A DNA stretch of 63,947 nt, filler included, from Sandaracinaceae bacterium (lineage in GTDB: Bacteria > Myxococcota_A > Polyangia > Polyangiales > JADJQN01): the NCBI GenBank assembly GCA_947483975.1. It is 3 parts of 3 records of this genome, joined end to end, with 100 filler letters (N's around TTAATTAATTAA, not from the genome) between each part and the next. Parts side by side here need not be neighbours in the genome. Positions count along the whole stretch, not along the records: positions 24,435 to 48,608 come from CANKOL010000036.1; 2 more parts are not named here. One strand, 5' to 3'. The notes beneath the pieces were generated by a model. The model searched no databases, had not been told where the DNA came from, and saw only the letters and a list, made by a program, of their open reading frames with translations. Shown piece after piece: positions 35,978-46,312 of this stretch. Position 1 is the stretch's first letter; each line of letters opens with the position of its first letter. The position numbers were made by a program, and so were the translations under genes.

Positions 35978-38255
35978 ACTGCAGTCCCAGGAAGCCTACG
36001 AGCGGGCTCGTGTTCGGCATGAACGCGAAGATCTCTTCGGAGGAGTCCTCGTTCGGCGCAGCGAGGACGTTGGGGAGGAACGGGTTCACCGCATACGAGA
36101 GCGAGGCGCGCAGGCGCAGCCCCTTGAGGCCTGGGACGGGCGAGGTGAAGGTCAGCCGCAGGTCGAGCTGCTCCTCGGTCTCGTGCGGATTGAGCGTCGT
36201 GAAGTCGGTGTACGCGAGGCGACGCCCCGCGAAGGACGACACGAGCGCGAGCGTCGCGCCGCCCGGCACGAACGTGTACGCGATGCGCGCGTTGCCGAGC
36301 CACACCGGCGTGAGCGGCAGGCGGCTGCCGTCGAGGCGCGTGTCGGCGAGGTTGAGGCTGCCGCCGACCACGAGGCCCGCCGTGGGTCGCAGGGTGAACG
36401 AGAGTGAGCCGCCGTATGAGCGAATCGCGCCGCCGTTGACCCAGCGCAGGATGTAGGTCGGGTCGATGGTCGAGGCGAGGTCGCCTCGGGCGAGCGCAGC
36501 GTCTACCTCGGCTCGGTCGGCGAAATTGGTGTCGATGATGCCGTCGTAGAACGACGCGAAGCCGCGCAGCGAGAGCGTCGCCCAGCCGACGCGCTGCTGC
36601 CACTCGAGCTCCGCAGTCCGCGCGGTCTCGGGCTCGAGCCCGAGCGCCTTGACCCGATAGGTGGGATCGAGCTGGTTGAGCTCGAACGGCGTCGGCGCGC
36701 GGAACGCCTCCGCGTAGCTCGCGCGAATCGAGCTGCCCGCCGCCGGGATGAACGTCGTGGCGAACCGCGGCGAGACGCGCGCCCCGAAGAGGCTGTCGAG
36801 GTCCATCCGCGCGCCGACGTTGAGCGCCAGCCACTCGAGCGGCTGCCAGAGTTGCTGCGCGTAGACCGCGCCGAGCGCGCTGACGGTGTGCGTAAACGGT
36901 AGGTGAGTCGTCGGGGGCAGCGCACCCGTCAGGCGGTCGTAGTAGTCCGCGGGGCGTGCCGTCGCGTCGCGCCCGCGCACGTCGTAGCCGATCGTCGTGA
37001 CGAGCGTCCCGTCGAGGCGCCAGTCGGTCGTGAGCTGCTGCTCGAGACCCGCCGTACGTCCGCGGCTGCGCTGGACGTAGGCGCAGCCGTCGATCTGCCC
37101 GGGCAAGCACCAGAACGGCGACGACCAGCTCGTCTCCTCGGACCAGTCGCTCAGCCCCGCATAAAAGCGCGTCGTCAGCGAGACGTGCGGATCGAGGAGC
37201 GCCGAGTGACGGAGGTCGGCGAGGAGAGAGGTGTGCTTCTCGCTCGAGCTCGGGGCGTCGAAGATGGAGACGAGCGGCATCCCGCGCTCGTAGTGGCTCG
37301 CCTGCAGCTCCAGCTTGAACTGCCCGAGGCGCAGCGCCGCGACGACGCTCGGCGCCTGCATCGTGTGGTGCGTCACCCCGCCCCAGGTGGTCTCGCCGGG
37401 CTCGATCTGGAACGCGTCGCTCGTCTGCGGGTGTACGCGGTACGAGTTCGTGTGCTCCTCGAGCCACTCGGCGCGCACGGTCAGCTCCGCGTCGGAGCCG
37501 TGCACCCGGAACTCCCGCGCGAAGCCGAGCCCGAACCGGTAGCGCAGCCCGAAGCGGTCCCCGGCTTGCGTCGGCAGCCGCACGGCACCGCTCTCGGCCG
37601 CTGGCGGCATCACGCTGAGCTCGGCGGTCGCGTGCACGCCAGGGTCGTCGGCGGCGCGCCGCGTCAAGACGTTGATCACCGCGAGCATCGCGTTCGAGCC
37701 GTACATCACCGAGCCGGCGCCGAGCATGACCTCGAGGTGATCGATCGCCTCGAGGGGCACGCCGAGCCCCTCGTGGACCTGAATGCTGCCCGTGTCCGAG
37801 GCGTTCATCACGTTGCCGTCGAGCAGCACGAGCACGTGCCGCCCCGCGTCGCGCAGCAGCACGCCCTGCGCGCCGACGTCGCCGCCGGTCGTGTAGTCGC
37901 GCACGCGCGAGGTCTGCACGCCGACGCCGAGGAACACGAGCGCCTCGTCGACGCTGCGGATGCCGTAGGTGCGCAGCTCTTCCGCGGTGATCGTGAAGAC
38001 CGCCGCGGGCGCCGTGCTCGCGCGCTCCGCGCCCCGCGACGCCGTCGTGACGACCGACTCGTCGAGCAGCGAGGAGAGCCCGCCGAGCTCGACGGGCGCC
38101 TCGCTGGCCGCGGGCTCGCCGGCCTCTCCGGTTCCCGCGGTCGTCGCTGACGTGTCCTGGGCGTGGGCGCTCGACGCGAACAGCACGAGGACCAGCGCGA
38201 CGGTACTTGGACGACTCACTGAACGACTCACTGCAGGACCCTCGCAACGACTCAC
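35961..38255 (-). CDS. TonB-dependent receptor
   Basis: VVTTASR..APAAVFTITAEEL plug; VLVLLDG; IDHLEVMLGAGSVMYGSNAMLAVINV; SPRF, AFRAPT, LEPETA. Three in-frame GTG starts are possible. Confidence 0.9.
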   Translation of the reverse strand: MSRCEGPAVSRSVSRPSTVALVLVLFASSAHAQDTSATTAGTGEAGEPAASEAPVELGGLSSLLDESVVTTASRGAERASTAPAAVFTITAEELRTYGIRSVDEALVFLGVGVQTSRVRDYTTGGDVGAQGVLLRDAGRHVLVLLDGNVMNASDTGSIQVHEGLGVPLEAIDHLEVMLGAGSVMYGSNAMLAVINVLTRRAADDPGVHATAELSVMPPAAESGAVRLPTQAGDRFGLRYRFGLGFAREFRVHGSDAELTVRAEWLEEHTNSYRVHPQTSDAFQIEPGETTWGGVTHHTMQAPSVVAALRLGQFKLELQASHYERGMPLVSIFDAPSSSEKHTSLLADLRHSALLDPHVSLTTRFYAGLSDWSEETSWSSPFWCLPGQIDGCAYVQRSRGRTAGLEQQLTTDWRLDGTLVTTIGYDVRGRDATARPADYYDRLTGALPPTTHLPFTHTVSALGAVYAQQLWQPLEWLALNVGARMDLDSLFGARVSPRFATTFIPAAGSSIRASYAEAFRAPTPFELNQLDPTYRVKALGLEPETARTAELEWQQRVGWATLSLRGFASFYDGIIDTNFADRAEVDAALARGDLASTIDPTYILRWVNGGAIRSYGGSLSFTLRPTAGLVVGGSLNLADTRLDGSRLPLTPVWLGNARIAYTFVPGGATLALVSSFAGRRLAYTDFTTLNPHETEEQLDLRLTFTSPVPGLKGLRLRASLSYAVNPFLPNVLAAPNEDSSEEIFAFMPNTSPLVGFLGLQYDLDP

Positions 38256-38269
38256 TGCAGGACCCTCGC
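38211..38269. repeat. Nested 24-bp/12-bp direct repeats across the TBDR start region
   Basis: aacgactcactgcaggaccctcgc at 38222 and 38246; acgactcactg also at 38211. Confidence 0.85.
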
Positions 38270-38359
38270 GAGGTGGAAAAATACGAGTCGAACTGTAGCC
38301 GCTGCGCGCCGCGAGGCACCCCGGAATCCTACATTTTTGTGACCTTTAGCCCCCGGCGC

Positions 38360-39988
38360 TCAGACGCTGACCGACCCCTTGCGGAAGTCGCTGCTGCTGA
38401 TCTTGACGTTGACGACGGCGGGCTCCGGGCACTCGAACGCCTGGGCGAGCGCCGTCTGCACTTGCTCGGGCGTCTCGGCGTAGAAGCCGCGCGCGCCGAC
38501 GGCCTCCGCGACGAGGTCGTAGCGCGTGTAGTTGAGCTTCCCGGCGGGCGTGCGCGTCGCGCCGAAGGTGTCGCGCTGACCGCGCAAGATCTGGGTCCAG
38601 CCCGCGTCGTTGCCGATGACCGCGACGACCTTGATCCCTTGGCGCGCCATCGCCTCGAACTCGAGCCCGTGCAGGCCGAAGCTGCCGTCGCCGTACATCA
38701 GGATGACGCGCGCGTTCGGGCGCGCGAGCTTCGCCGCCATCGCGTAGCCGGGGCCGACCCCGAGCGTGCCGAGCGGCCCCGGGTCCATCCACACGCCGGG
38801 CCAGCGGACCGGCAGCGTGTACGCCGCGGTCGCGACGAAGTCGCCTCCATCGCCGACGACGATGGTGTCCTCCTCGACGTACTTCGCGACCTCCGCGCAG
38901 ACGCGCAGCGGGTTCGGCGGTGAGCTCTCCGAGGTGAGCTCCGCGGTCATCTTCGCCTGCTGCTTGCTCTCCTCGGCCCGGATCAGCGCGAGCCAGTCGC
39001 CGCCGCTGCGCTTCGTGACCGACTGCTCGAGCGCGGCGAGCACATGGCCTGTGTCTGCGGGGATGCCGACGGCGATGCTGCGGTTTCGGCCGAGCTCCTC
39101 CGGGTCGAGGTCGATCTGGATCACCTTCACGTCCGCCGCCCAGGTGCCGGTGCGCCCGTAGTTCACGCGGAAGTCGAAGGGAGTGCCGAACATCAGCACG
39201 ACGTCCGCCTGCGCGAGCGCCGTCTTGCGGGAGCGCGACATGAAGCACGGATGCTCGAGCGGCAGCGCGCCGCGCGCCATGCCGTTGAGGTAGGTCGGCA
39301 GCTCGTACTTGGCGAGGAAGGCGCGGAGGGAGTCCTTGTCGCGCGACCAGCGCAGCTGTGAGCCGACGATCGCCATCGGCCGCTGCGCGCCCTCGAGCAG
39401 CTTGGTCGCCTCCTCGAGCGCCTGCGCGCTCGCGGCGGGCGTGTGCTCGCTCCTGTAATTCGTGGGCCGCACGAGCTGCGCGTCGGTCGCGAAGTTCATC
39501 AGCACATCGAGCGGCATCTCGAGGAACACGGGCCCGGGCACGCCCGTCGTCGCGATGCGGAAGGCCATCGTCACGTACTCCTCCAGCCGCCGCACCTCGC
39601 TGACCGTCGCCGACCACTTCGTGATCGGCCGCATCAGCTCGACGTGATCCATGTCCTGCAGCGAGCCCATGTGCTTGAAGACCGTCGGACCCGCGCCGCC
39701 GATCACGATCATCGGCACGCCCGCGCGATAGGCGTTGGCGACGGCGGTGACGACGTCGGTGACGCCCGGTCCTGCCGTCACGAGCGCGACGCCGGGCTTG
39801 CCGGTGACGCGCGCCCAGCCGTCGGCGGCGTGCCCCGCCGTCTGCTCGTGCCGCACGTCGACGACGCGAATGCCCTCGTCGAGGCAGCCGTCGTAGATGT
39901 GGGCGATGTGCCCGCCAGAGAGCGTGAAGACGTGCGTGACGCCTTCGGCTTTGAGTGCTCGCGCTACGATTCGGCCGCCGTGCATCAT
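38360..39988 (-). CDS. ThDP-dependent enzyme, acetolactate synthase-like / 2-hydroxyacyl-CoA lyase family
   Basis: [50 protein letters not shown] ThDP motif. Confidence 0.9.
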   Translation of the reverse strand: MMHGGRIVARALKAEGVTHVFTLSGGHIAHIYDGCLDEGIRVVDVRHEQTAGHAADGWARVTGKPGVALVTAGPGVTDVVTAVANAYRAGVPMIVIGGAGPTVFKHMGSLQDMDHVELMRPITKWSATVSEVRRLEEYVTMAFRIATTGVPGPVFLEMPLDVLMNFATDAQLVRPTNYRSEHTPAASAQALEEATKLLEGAQRPMAIVGSQLRWSRDKDSLRAFLAKYELPTYLNGMARGALPLEHPCFMSRSRKTALAQADVVLMFGTPFDFRVNYGRTGTWAADVKVIQIDLDPEELGRNRSIAVGIPADTGHVLAALEQSVTKRSGGDWLALIRAEESKQQAKMTAELTSESSPPNPLRVCAEVAKYVEEDTIVVGDGGDFVATAAYTLPVRWPGVWMDPGPLGTLGVGPGYAMAAKLARPNARVILMYGDGSFGLHGLEFEAMARQGIKVVAVIGNDAGWTQILRGQRDTFGATRTPAGKLNYTRYDLVAEAVGARGFYAETPEQVQTALAQAFECPEPAVVNVKISSSDFRKGSVSV

Positions 39989-40139
39989 CGAGTCTTCTCC
40001 AGGGCTCCAAAGAGCGTGACCCCCAGTCCCGAGCGGGAGAGGGGGTCACATCGGAGCACACAGAGTTGCGTACGCGCAAGCAGAGAGCACCGTGAGCGAG
40101 GCTAAGCGCCGCCGGCCGGGCGCCTAGGCCAGCCGGTGC

Positions 40140-41474
40140 TCAGTGACCGCGCCGTCCGCCGCGCGCAGCGCGACCGTGCCGCCCGCCTGCTGCCGTCGCG
40201 GGGGCAGTGCTCCCCCCAGACGCGGCCGCTGCGCCGCCGCTCGCGCCGTCCGGGTTCGGGTCGAGGTGTGGAGTGCCGATCGCGGGCACCGCCGCAGCCG
40301 CGGTGCGCATCGCCTCGGTCGCCCAAGGGCGGCCGTAGAAGCCGCCAGCGCGCACCTCGGCGGGGGCGGTGCGCTGATCCGCCGTCGAGTTCGCCGGGAC
40401 GATCACGTCGACGAGCACGGTGCGCGGGCCGAGGTAGAGACCCGCCGCCTGCTCGGGGTGCTGCACCGGGAGCCCGTTCGCGCCGATCGTGAAGCTGATC
40501 GTGCGCAGCGTCGTGCCGTTGTACCGGAGGTCGCAGCGCCACGCGCCCGCGTGCTCGGCCGCGTTCAGCGCCGCCTCGGAGCGCGTCGGCGGGAACGAGA
40601 GCGGCATCATCAGCTGGTATTGCCAGAACGCCATCGTCACGTTGCTGGTGCCGTTGCCGTCGGGGTTCGGGATGGACTGCGAGAGATTCTGGTAGCGGTG
40701 GCCGCCGTCCGAGGGGGCCTGGTCGTTCTGCGGGAACTCCACGGGCTGCCCGTTGACCGTGCAGCGGAGCCGCGCCCCGAGCACCTGGTCGCCGACCTCC
40801 GAGTTGGAGGCGACGGGGAGAATCAGCTGCATCGTCGAGGCGTTCGCGTAGGTCATCCCGTCTGGGAGGTAAGGGCTCGCCGCCTGGTACTGGTTGCGCA
40901 GCGAGGGGCTCCACGTGAGGAACGCGCTGAGGAGCTCCTGGTGGCGCGAGACGTAGTGCGTCGGCGTGAAGTGCACGGACGAGTTGCGGCCCGAGGAGTT
41001 GCCGACGGTGCGGAGGTTGAGGGTGTGCGAGCGCAGGAGCGTCTCTGCGTCGGTGCGCCCATCGACGATGAACGTCTCTGCGGTCAGCGTGCCCGTCGTC
41101 TTGATGCGCTGCGTGTTGTCGTCGCAGTCGCCGTACATCCCTGCCCACGCGGGCTCGTCGTCGCTGCTGAAGACGTCGCCCTCGCAGCGCGTGCGGCCGA
41201 CCTCGCGAGCGCCCTCCTTGAAGACCGTCAGGAACGCGCTGCCGCGCGAGAACGTGCCGAAGACGCGGTACTTCGTGTCGACGTGCTAGCCCATCCAGGT
41301 GCGGGCCCCGTTCACCGGTTCTTCGACGTCGGTCAGCTGAAACCAGGTGTAGCCCTCGTCGAGGCGCGGCGTCGGGGTCACGGGACCGGAGGACTGCGCC
41401 GAGGCGCCCGAGGCACCGAAGGCTGTGGAGGCGAGGAGGATGGCGAGCGTGAGGAGCGGAAGATGGCGTTTCAT
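40140..41474 (-). pseudogene. Secreted hypothetical protein interrupted by one in-frame TAG (41286-41288)
   Basis: ORFs 41286-41486 and 40140-41138 share a frame; after TAG the frame continues HVDTKYRVFGTFSRGSAFL..WAGMYGDC with no other stop; signal peptide MKRHLPLLTLAILLA. Confidence 0.8.
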
Positions 41475-41590
41475 GCGGAATGGCACCGTCGCGCGTATGC
41501 GTCGAAGCCCACGCGCGCAGAGGGGGTGAGTTCCAACGGATTTGTACGGCGCGACACCGTAACACGCCGATTTGGTTATCTCCTATCAGC

Positions 41591-42517
41591 TCAGATAATC
41601 CGCATCAGCCACGCCCAGAGTGGCACGGTGACGAGGGAGAGCGGGATGCCGACGCCGACGAGCAGCGTCGCGAGCGGCGGGTCGAGGTTCTCCTCCACCG
41701 CGAGCACCGCGCCCGTGACCATCGGGCCCATCGCGCTCTCTGCGACGATGACGTTTGCCGCCTCGTCGTGCAGCCCCGCGGCGCGCACGGCGAGCAGCAC
41801 GAGGAGCGGCGCGAGCGCGAGGCGCACGGCGAGCCCGGCCGCGAGCTTGCCGCCGTCGCGCGCGAGGGTGCTGCGGTCGAGGCGCAGCTGATAGCCGACC
41901 GAGAGGAGCGCGAGCGGGATCACGAGCGCCGCGAGCTTCTCGAGCACGACGAGGAGAAACGGGTGAAACGGGACTCCGTGGAGGAGCAGCGCGAGCACGA
42001 AGGCCAGGAACGGCGGGAAGCTCGCCAAGCGGCGCGCGAAGGCCCCCGGCGTAGGTCGCTCACGCCCGGCGCACGCGGTGGCGAGCGCGACGCCCGCCGT
42101 CGAGACGACGAGGAAGGAGCCCGCCTGGTCGAAGACCAGCGCGGTGCGCAGCGCGCGCGCGCCGTAGAGCGCCTCGATCAGCGGGAAGCCGACGAAGGCG
42201 GTGTTGGCGAGCCCCGTCGTCAGCACGAGCGCGCCGAGCGTGCCGCGTGACCAGCCGCGGGCGCGCGCGAGGGGCCACAGCACCGCGAGCGCGAGCGCGA
42301 AGAGGAGCCACGGCGTCGCGAGCGCGGCGAAGAGCGTGATGAGCCCCGCGCTGCCGTCGACGGTCAGGCGCGGGACGTAGAGGAGCGTGAGCGCGGGGAG
42401 GGCGGCGTCGATGACGACGCGCGAGAGCACGGCCGGCGTCGCTTCGGGGAAGCGCCGGCTGCGCCGCGCGAGGACGCCGAGCAGCAGGCAGACGACGACG
42501 AGGAGGACGTTGCCCAC
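41591..42517 (-). CDS. AEC family (auxin efflux carrier-like) transporter
   Basis: ALPAL, ANTAFVGFP, FPPFLA, PLALLSVG, SAMGP; about 10 TM helices. Confidence 0.9.
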   Translation of the reverse strand: MGNVLLVVVCLLLGVLARRSRRFPEATPAVLSRVVIDAALPALTLLYVPRLTVDGSAGLITLFAALATPWLLFALALAVLWPLARARGWSRGTLGALVLTTGLANTAFVGFPLIEALYGARALRTALVFDQAGSFLVVSTAGVALATACAGRERPTPGAFARRLASFPPFLAFVLALLLHGVPFHPFLLVVLEKLAALVIPLALLSVGYQLRLDRSTLARDGGKLAAGLAVRLALAPLLVLLAVRAAGLHDEAANVIVAESAMGPMVTGAVLAVEENLDPPLATLLVGVGIPLSLVTVPLWAWLMRII

Positions 42518-42526
42518 GGGCGCGGA

Positions 42527-43261
42527 TCAGGGGGGCGGGGGCGTCGGGGGAGCGGCGTGTCGGTGGTACGAGAGGCAGCAGCGGAAGCCGGCGATCGGCT
42601 CCTCGGGGCGGCGCCAGCCACCGCCCGGCTCCGTGCACGTCGCGGAGGAACCCGGCTGAAACGCGCTGCCGCCGCGCAGGCCGCGCAACCCGCCGCCGCT
42701 GCCCTCGTCGTCGAGCCACTCGATCGCGTTGCCGCTGAGGTCGAAGACGCCCTCGGGGGAGCGGCACTCCGGGAAGGTGCCCGACGCGACGACGTGCACG
42801 GCGTTGAGGTCGTCGGTGGACTCGGCGATGTTGCAGCGGCGAGGGATGTGCGTGTCGCCGTAGGGGAATTTGCGCGCGCGGTCAGGGCCAGCGCAGGCCT
42901 TCTGGAACTCCTCGAGCGAGCAGAGGCGGAGGTCTGCCGCGCGGCAGGCGCGCTCGGCGTCGAACCAGGTGAGGTCGCTCGCCGCGGGCGCGTGGGTCGC
43001 GGGCACGGCCTTGCCGTGTTCGATGCGCGCCTCGTGGCGGTCCATGCACGCGGAGGTGCCGGGCACGGCGACCATGCGCGCTGGGCATCGTTCGGTCAGT
43101 GGAGCAGGAGCGGGCGCCGCGGGCGCGCCCTTCGAGCCGCAGGCACCTAGCAGCAGCCCGAGCGCGAGCAGTCCGAGCGCGAGCAGCCGGCCGAGCCTGG
43201 GCGGTCGTTCGGCGCCGGGCACCAGCGGGCGCCCGGGCAGCGGACTCCTCAGTACGCCCAT
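42527..43261 (-). CDS. FGE-sulfatase (SUMF1-like) domain lipoprotein
   Basis: Lipobox LGAC; CMDRHE, LTWFDAERAC, RLC..EE..AC, FPYG, GVFDLSGNAIEW, RGGS, GFRCC. Confidence 0.88.
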   Translation of the reverse strand: MGVLRSPLPGRPLVPGAERPPRLGRLLALGLLALGLLLGACGSKGAPAAPAPAPLTERCPARMVAVPGTSACMDRHEARIEHGKAVPATHAPAASDLTWFDAERACRAADLRLCSLEEFQKACAGPDRARKFPYGDTHIPRRCNIAESTDDLNAVHVVASGTFPECRSPEGVFDLSGNAIEWLDDEGSGGGLRGLRGGSAFQPGSSATCTEPGGGWRRPEEPIAGFRCCLSYHRHAAPPTPPPP

Positions 43262-46200
43262 GAGGCGTTGATGTTGCGCACGACCGGACGAACGCCGGTC
43301 ACCGTCGTCGTCAGGACGGCCTCGACGCGGAGCCAGCGGTGGCTGCCGAGCGCAGGGCAGCTCGCGAGGAGGTCGGCGGGCGTGGTCTCGAAGGTGCCGA
43401 CGGCGCCGCAGACGGGCGCGGTCGAGAGGTCGGGGCGCGTGTCCGCGGCGCGGACCTCGATGCGGACGCCGGTGCCGGCGGGCGTCGTCGCGTCCCACAC
43501 GACCTGGTTCCAGTTGGCGGTCGCGTAGCCGGAGTCGAAGTCCTGGACCCAGCGGCCCTCGCGCGTCGTGATCGTGCGCAGGATCGCGCCGGTCATGTCG
43601 GAGTAGCTGTACAGCTCGCGGCCCGCGTCGACGGTGTACGTCGCGAGGTGATTGCAGGCGGTGTCGAAGACGTTGACCATGCCGCTGCCGAAGCGCATCG
43701 GGACCCAGATCCGGCCGAGGCGATCGAAGGCCATGCCGTGCGGGTTCGCGCCGGAGCCAGCGGGCGTCGCCGCGATGCAGCGCACGGCGCCCGTCGGCTC
43801 CATGCCGATGATCTGGTTGCTGCCGTAGCGGCTGCCCCAGATGGAGCCGTCGAGCGCGTTGACGGTGATGGCGGTGACGCCCGTCGCGGCGCTCGAGCCG
43901 AGGAAGGTCGAGCCGTCGGGGTTGAGCGCGTGGATGCCGTAGGCGGTGTTCGACCAGTCGCCGAACCAGATGCGACCCGCGGAGTCGGGCGCGATGCCGT
44001 AGCGCGCCGGGTTCGGGAAGGACGTGAAGGTCTCGGTCGCGATGTCGAAGCGCACGGTGCGCGGGTCGGAGGAGGTCCAGACGCGCCCGGCGCCGTCGGC
44101 CGCGAGGCCGTAGATGTTCACGCCGACGCTCCAGCTGCCGAGGATGCGGCAGCGCGCCGCGAGGCCTGTGCCGTCGACCAGCGTGCCGCTGATCTTGACC
44201 ATGCGGCCGTCGTTCCAGGTGCCCGCCCAGACGTTGCCGTCGGCGTCGATCGCGACGCCGCGCACGCCGCCCGTCACGTCCGCGCGACAGACGAAGTTGC
44301 CGTCGATGTCGAGGTGCACGACGTTCGACTGGTTCGGATCCGCCGCATTGCCCGTGATCAGCGCGCGGTTGCCGATCCACACGCTGCCGTCGAGCGGCAC
44401 GGTCGTGCGCGACGGGTCGACGCCGTAGGCGGGGCGCTGCCAGTTCTTGACGCCGGTGTCGGTGTTGAGCTGCGCGATCTCGTTGACGCCCTGGACGGCG
44501 ATGTAGATCGAGTTGCCCGTGAACGTCGCCTGGCCGAGCGTGATCGCGCCAGGCTCGCCGGGCGCCTCTTCGATGCCGTTGCAGGAGGTGCCGGTGCAGT
44601 CGGTCCACGGCGTCGCCCAGACGTGCGTGAAGCACGGCAGCGGCGGGCAGGTGCCGCAGGCGTTCGTGACGCCGTCGTCGATGACGCCGTCGCAGTCGTT
44701 GTCGACGCCGTCGCAGACCTCGACGGGCTCCGGCGCGCACTCGCCGCAGCGGTTCGCGACGCCCTCGTCGACGAGTCCGTCGCAGTCGTTGTCCATGCCG
44801 TCGCAGACCTCGACGGAGCTGCAGAAGCCGCAGCGATTGGAGCCCACGGCCCAGCGCTCGTCGGTCTCGCCGTCGCAGTCGTCGTCCTCGCCGTTGCAGA
44901 TCTCGGGCAGCGGGGAGATCGCTCCCGTGCAGGCGCTCCAGCGCGCGAACTCGGTGCCTTCGCAGGTCTGCGAGCCGGCGACACAGCGCCCGACGCCAGC
45001 CGTGCCCGCGGGCCCGCCGTAGCAGGACTGCATCGCGCTGGTCGTGCAGGCGCAGCCGTCGTCCACGGCGCCGTTGCAGTCGTCGTCGAGGCCGTTGGCG
45101 CAGGTCTCGACGAGCGCGGGCGCGCCGCACGCGCCGCACGCGTTGCGCACGCCCTCGTCGACGGCGCCGTTGCAGTTGTCGTCGCGGTCGTTGCAGACCT
45201 CGGTCGCGCCCGGGTGCACCGTCGCGTCCGTGTCGTCGCAGTCCGCGGGGAGCGTCGAGCCGTCCCCGTCGGCGTCCGCGCAGCCGTCGTCAGCGACCCC
45301 GCTGCAGTCCTCGTCGACGCCGTTCGCGCCGACGCCCGCCGCGCACTCGGAGGCGGGCAGGACCTGACCGGTGCAGGTGCTCCAGTGCGCGTCGCCGCCG
45401 GTCGGATCGGGCACGCAGTCGCGTCGCCCGCCCGCGCAGAAGCCGACGCCGCTCGTCCCGAACGGCCCCTCGTAGCAGGGCTGGTTCGTCGGCGGCGTGC
45501 ACACGCAGGGCTCGCCCGGGGCGCACACGCAGCGATAGTCGCAGTTGCAGTCCTCGTCGGTCAGGCCATCGCAGTCGTCGTCGAGGTCGTTGCCGCAGAG
45601 CTCCGTCGGCTCGGGCGCGCACTCCCCGCACGCGTTGCGCAGGCCCTCGTCGATCAGGCCATCGCAGTCGTTGTCGACGTGGTCGCAGACCTCGGGAGTG
45701 TCCTCTGCGACCGGCACGACCTCGCCTCGACAGACGAGCGGTGCGCCCGCGCCCGGACACACGCCCACGCCGCCGTGACAGAGTCCGACGCCGCTCGTGG
45801 CGGCTGGGCCGGAGTAGCACGCGATCCAGTCGCCGACGCGGCAGTCGCAGTCGGCCTCGTCGACGGTGCCGTCGCAGTTGTTGTCCACGGCGTCGCCGCA
45901 GACCTCTCTGGCGCCCGGGTGTGCGGTCGCGTTCGAGTCGTTGCAGTCGTCGCCCGTGCTGCAGCCCGCGATCCCCGAGTAGCCGTCGCCGTCGGTGTCG
46001 ACGCAGACGTCCCCCGGCGCGTCGCGCCCGGCGTCGGCGGGTCCGCTGTCGGCCAAGGCGACGCAGTGCCCGTCGAGGCACGCGAAGCCCGTGAGGCAGG
46101 GGACCGTCGACGAGCAGGTGGCAGCGGTGGGCTTGGCCCCACAGCTACAGCCGCCGAAGACCAACGAGAGCGCGAAGACCCAGGGTGCGAGCCACTTCAT
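43249..46200 (-). CDS. Large lipoprotein with putative metal-binding (MopE-like) Cys/Asp repeats and a Vgb/NHL-like propeller
   Basis: Start MKWLAPW (ATG 46200), FGGCSC; many E.C.G.DNDCDG..DEG repeats; PSRTTV, GVAID..GNVW blades; YSYSDMTG. Confidence 0.85.
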   Translation of the reverse strand: MKWLAPWVFALSLVFGGCSCGAKPTAATCSSTVPCLTGFACLDGHCVALADSGPADAGRDAPGDVCVDTDGDGYSGIAGCSTGDDCNDSNATAHPGAREVCGDAVDNNCDGTVDEADCDCRVGDWIACYSGPAATSGVGLCHGGVGVCPGAGAPLVCRGEVVPVAEDTPEVCDHVDNDCDGLIDEGLRNACGECAPEPTELCGNDLDDDCDGLTDEDCNCDYRCVCAPGEPCVCTPPTNQPCYEGPFGTSGVGFCAGGRRDCVPDPTGGDAHWSTCTGQVLPASECAAGVGANGVDEDCSGVADDGCADADGDGSTLPADCDDTDATVHPGATEVCNDRDDNCNGAVDEGVRNACGACGAPALVETCANGLDDDCNGAVDDGCACTTSAMQSCYGGPAGTAGVGRCVAGSQTCEGTEFARWSACTGAISPLPEICNGEDDDCDGETDERWAVGSNRCGFCSSVEVCDGMDNDCDGLVDEGVANRCGECAPEPVEVCDGVDNDCDGVIDDGVTNACGTCPPLPCFTHVWATPWTDCTGTSCNGIEEAPGEPGAITLGQATFTGNSIYIAVQGVNEIAQLNTDTGVKNWQRPAYGVDPSRTTVPLDGSVWIGNRALITGNAADPNQSNVVHLDIDGNFVCRADVTGGVRGVAIDADGNVWAGTWNDGRMVKISGTLVDGTGLAARCRILGSWSVGVNIYGLAADGAGRVWTSSDPRTVRFDIATETFTSFPNPARYGIAPDSAGRIWFGDWSNTAYGIHALNPDGSTFLGSSAATGVTAITVNALDGSIWGSRYGSNQIIGMEPTGAVRCIAATPAGSGANPHGMAFDRLGRIWVPMRFGSGMVNVFDTACNHLATYTVDAGRELYSYSDMTGAILRTITTREGRWVQDFDSGYATANWNQVVWDATTPAGTGVRIEVRAADTRPDLSTAPVCGAVGTFETTPADLLASCPALGSHRWLRVEAVLTTTVTGVRPVVRNINASWAY

Positions 46201-46312
46201 CCGGCGAGCATACCGGGCTCCGGCCTCCCGCGGGGAATGTGTGACGCGAATTTTGCGCGGGTCGCGCGGGCTGCGCATTCTCATTTCGGCGCGCGTCGCC
46301 TACGCTGCCGCC

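Noticed and set aside
39989..40139. TPP riboswitch upstream of the ThDP enzyme
   Set aside because: A hairpin exists (40016-40049), but the conserved CUGAGA and CUGAU..UAA..GCG motifs are missing.
42527..43261. Diversity-generating retroelement target (FGE/CLec fold, with an RT remnant elsewhere in the window)
   Set aside because: No template/variable repeat pair was seen; the RT remnant is on another contig and is attached to group II intron DV/DVI.
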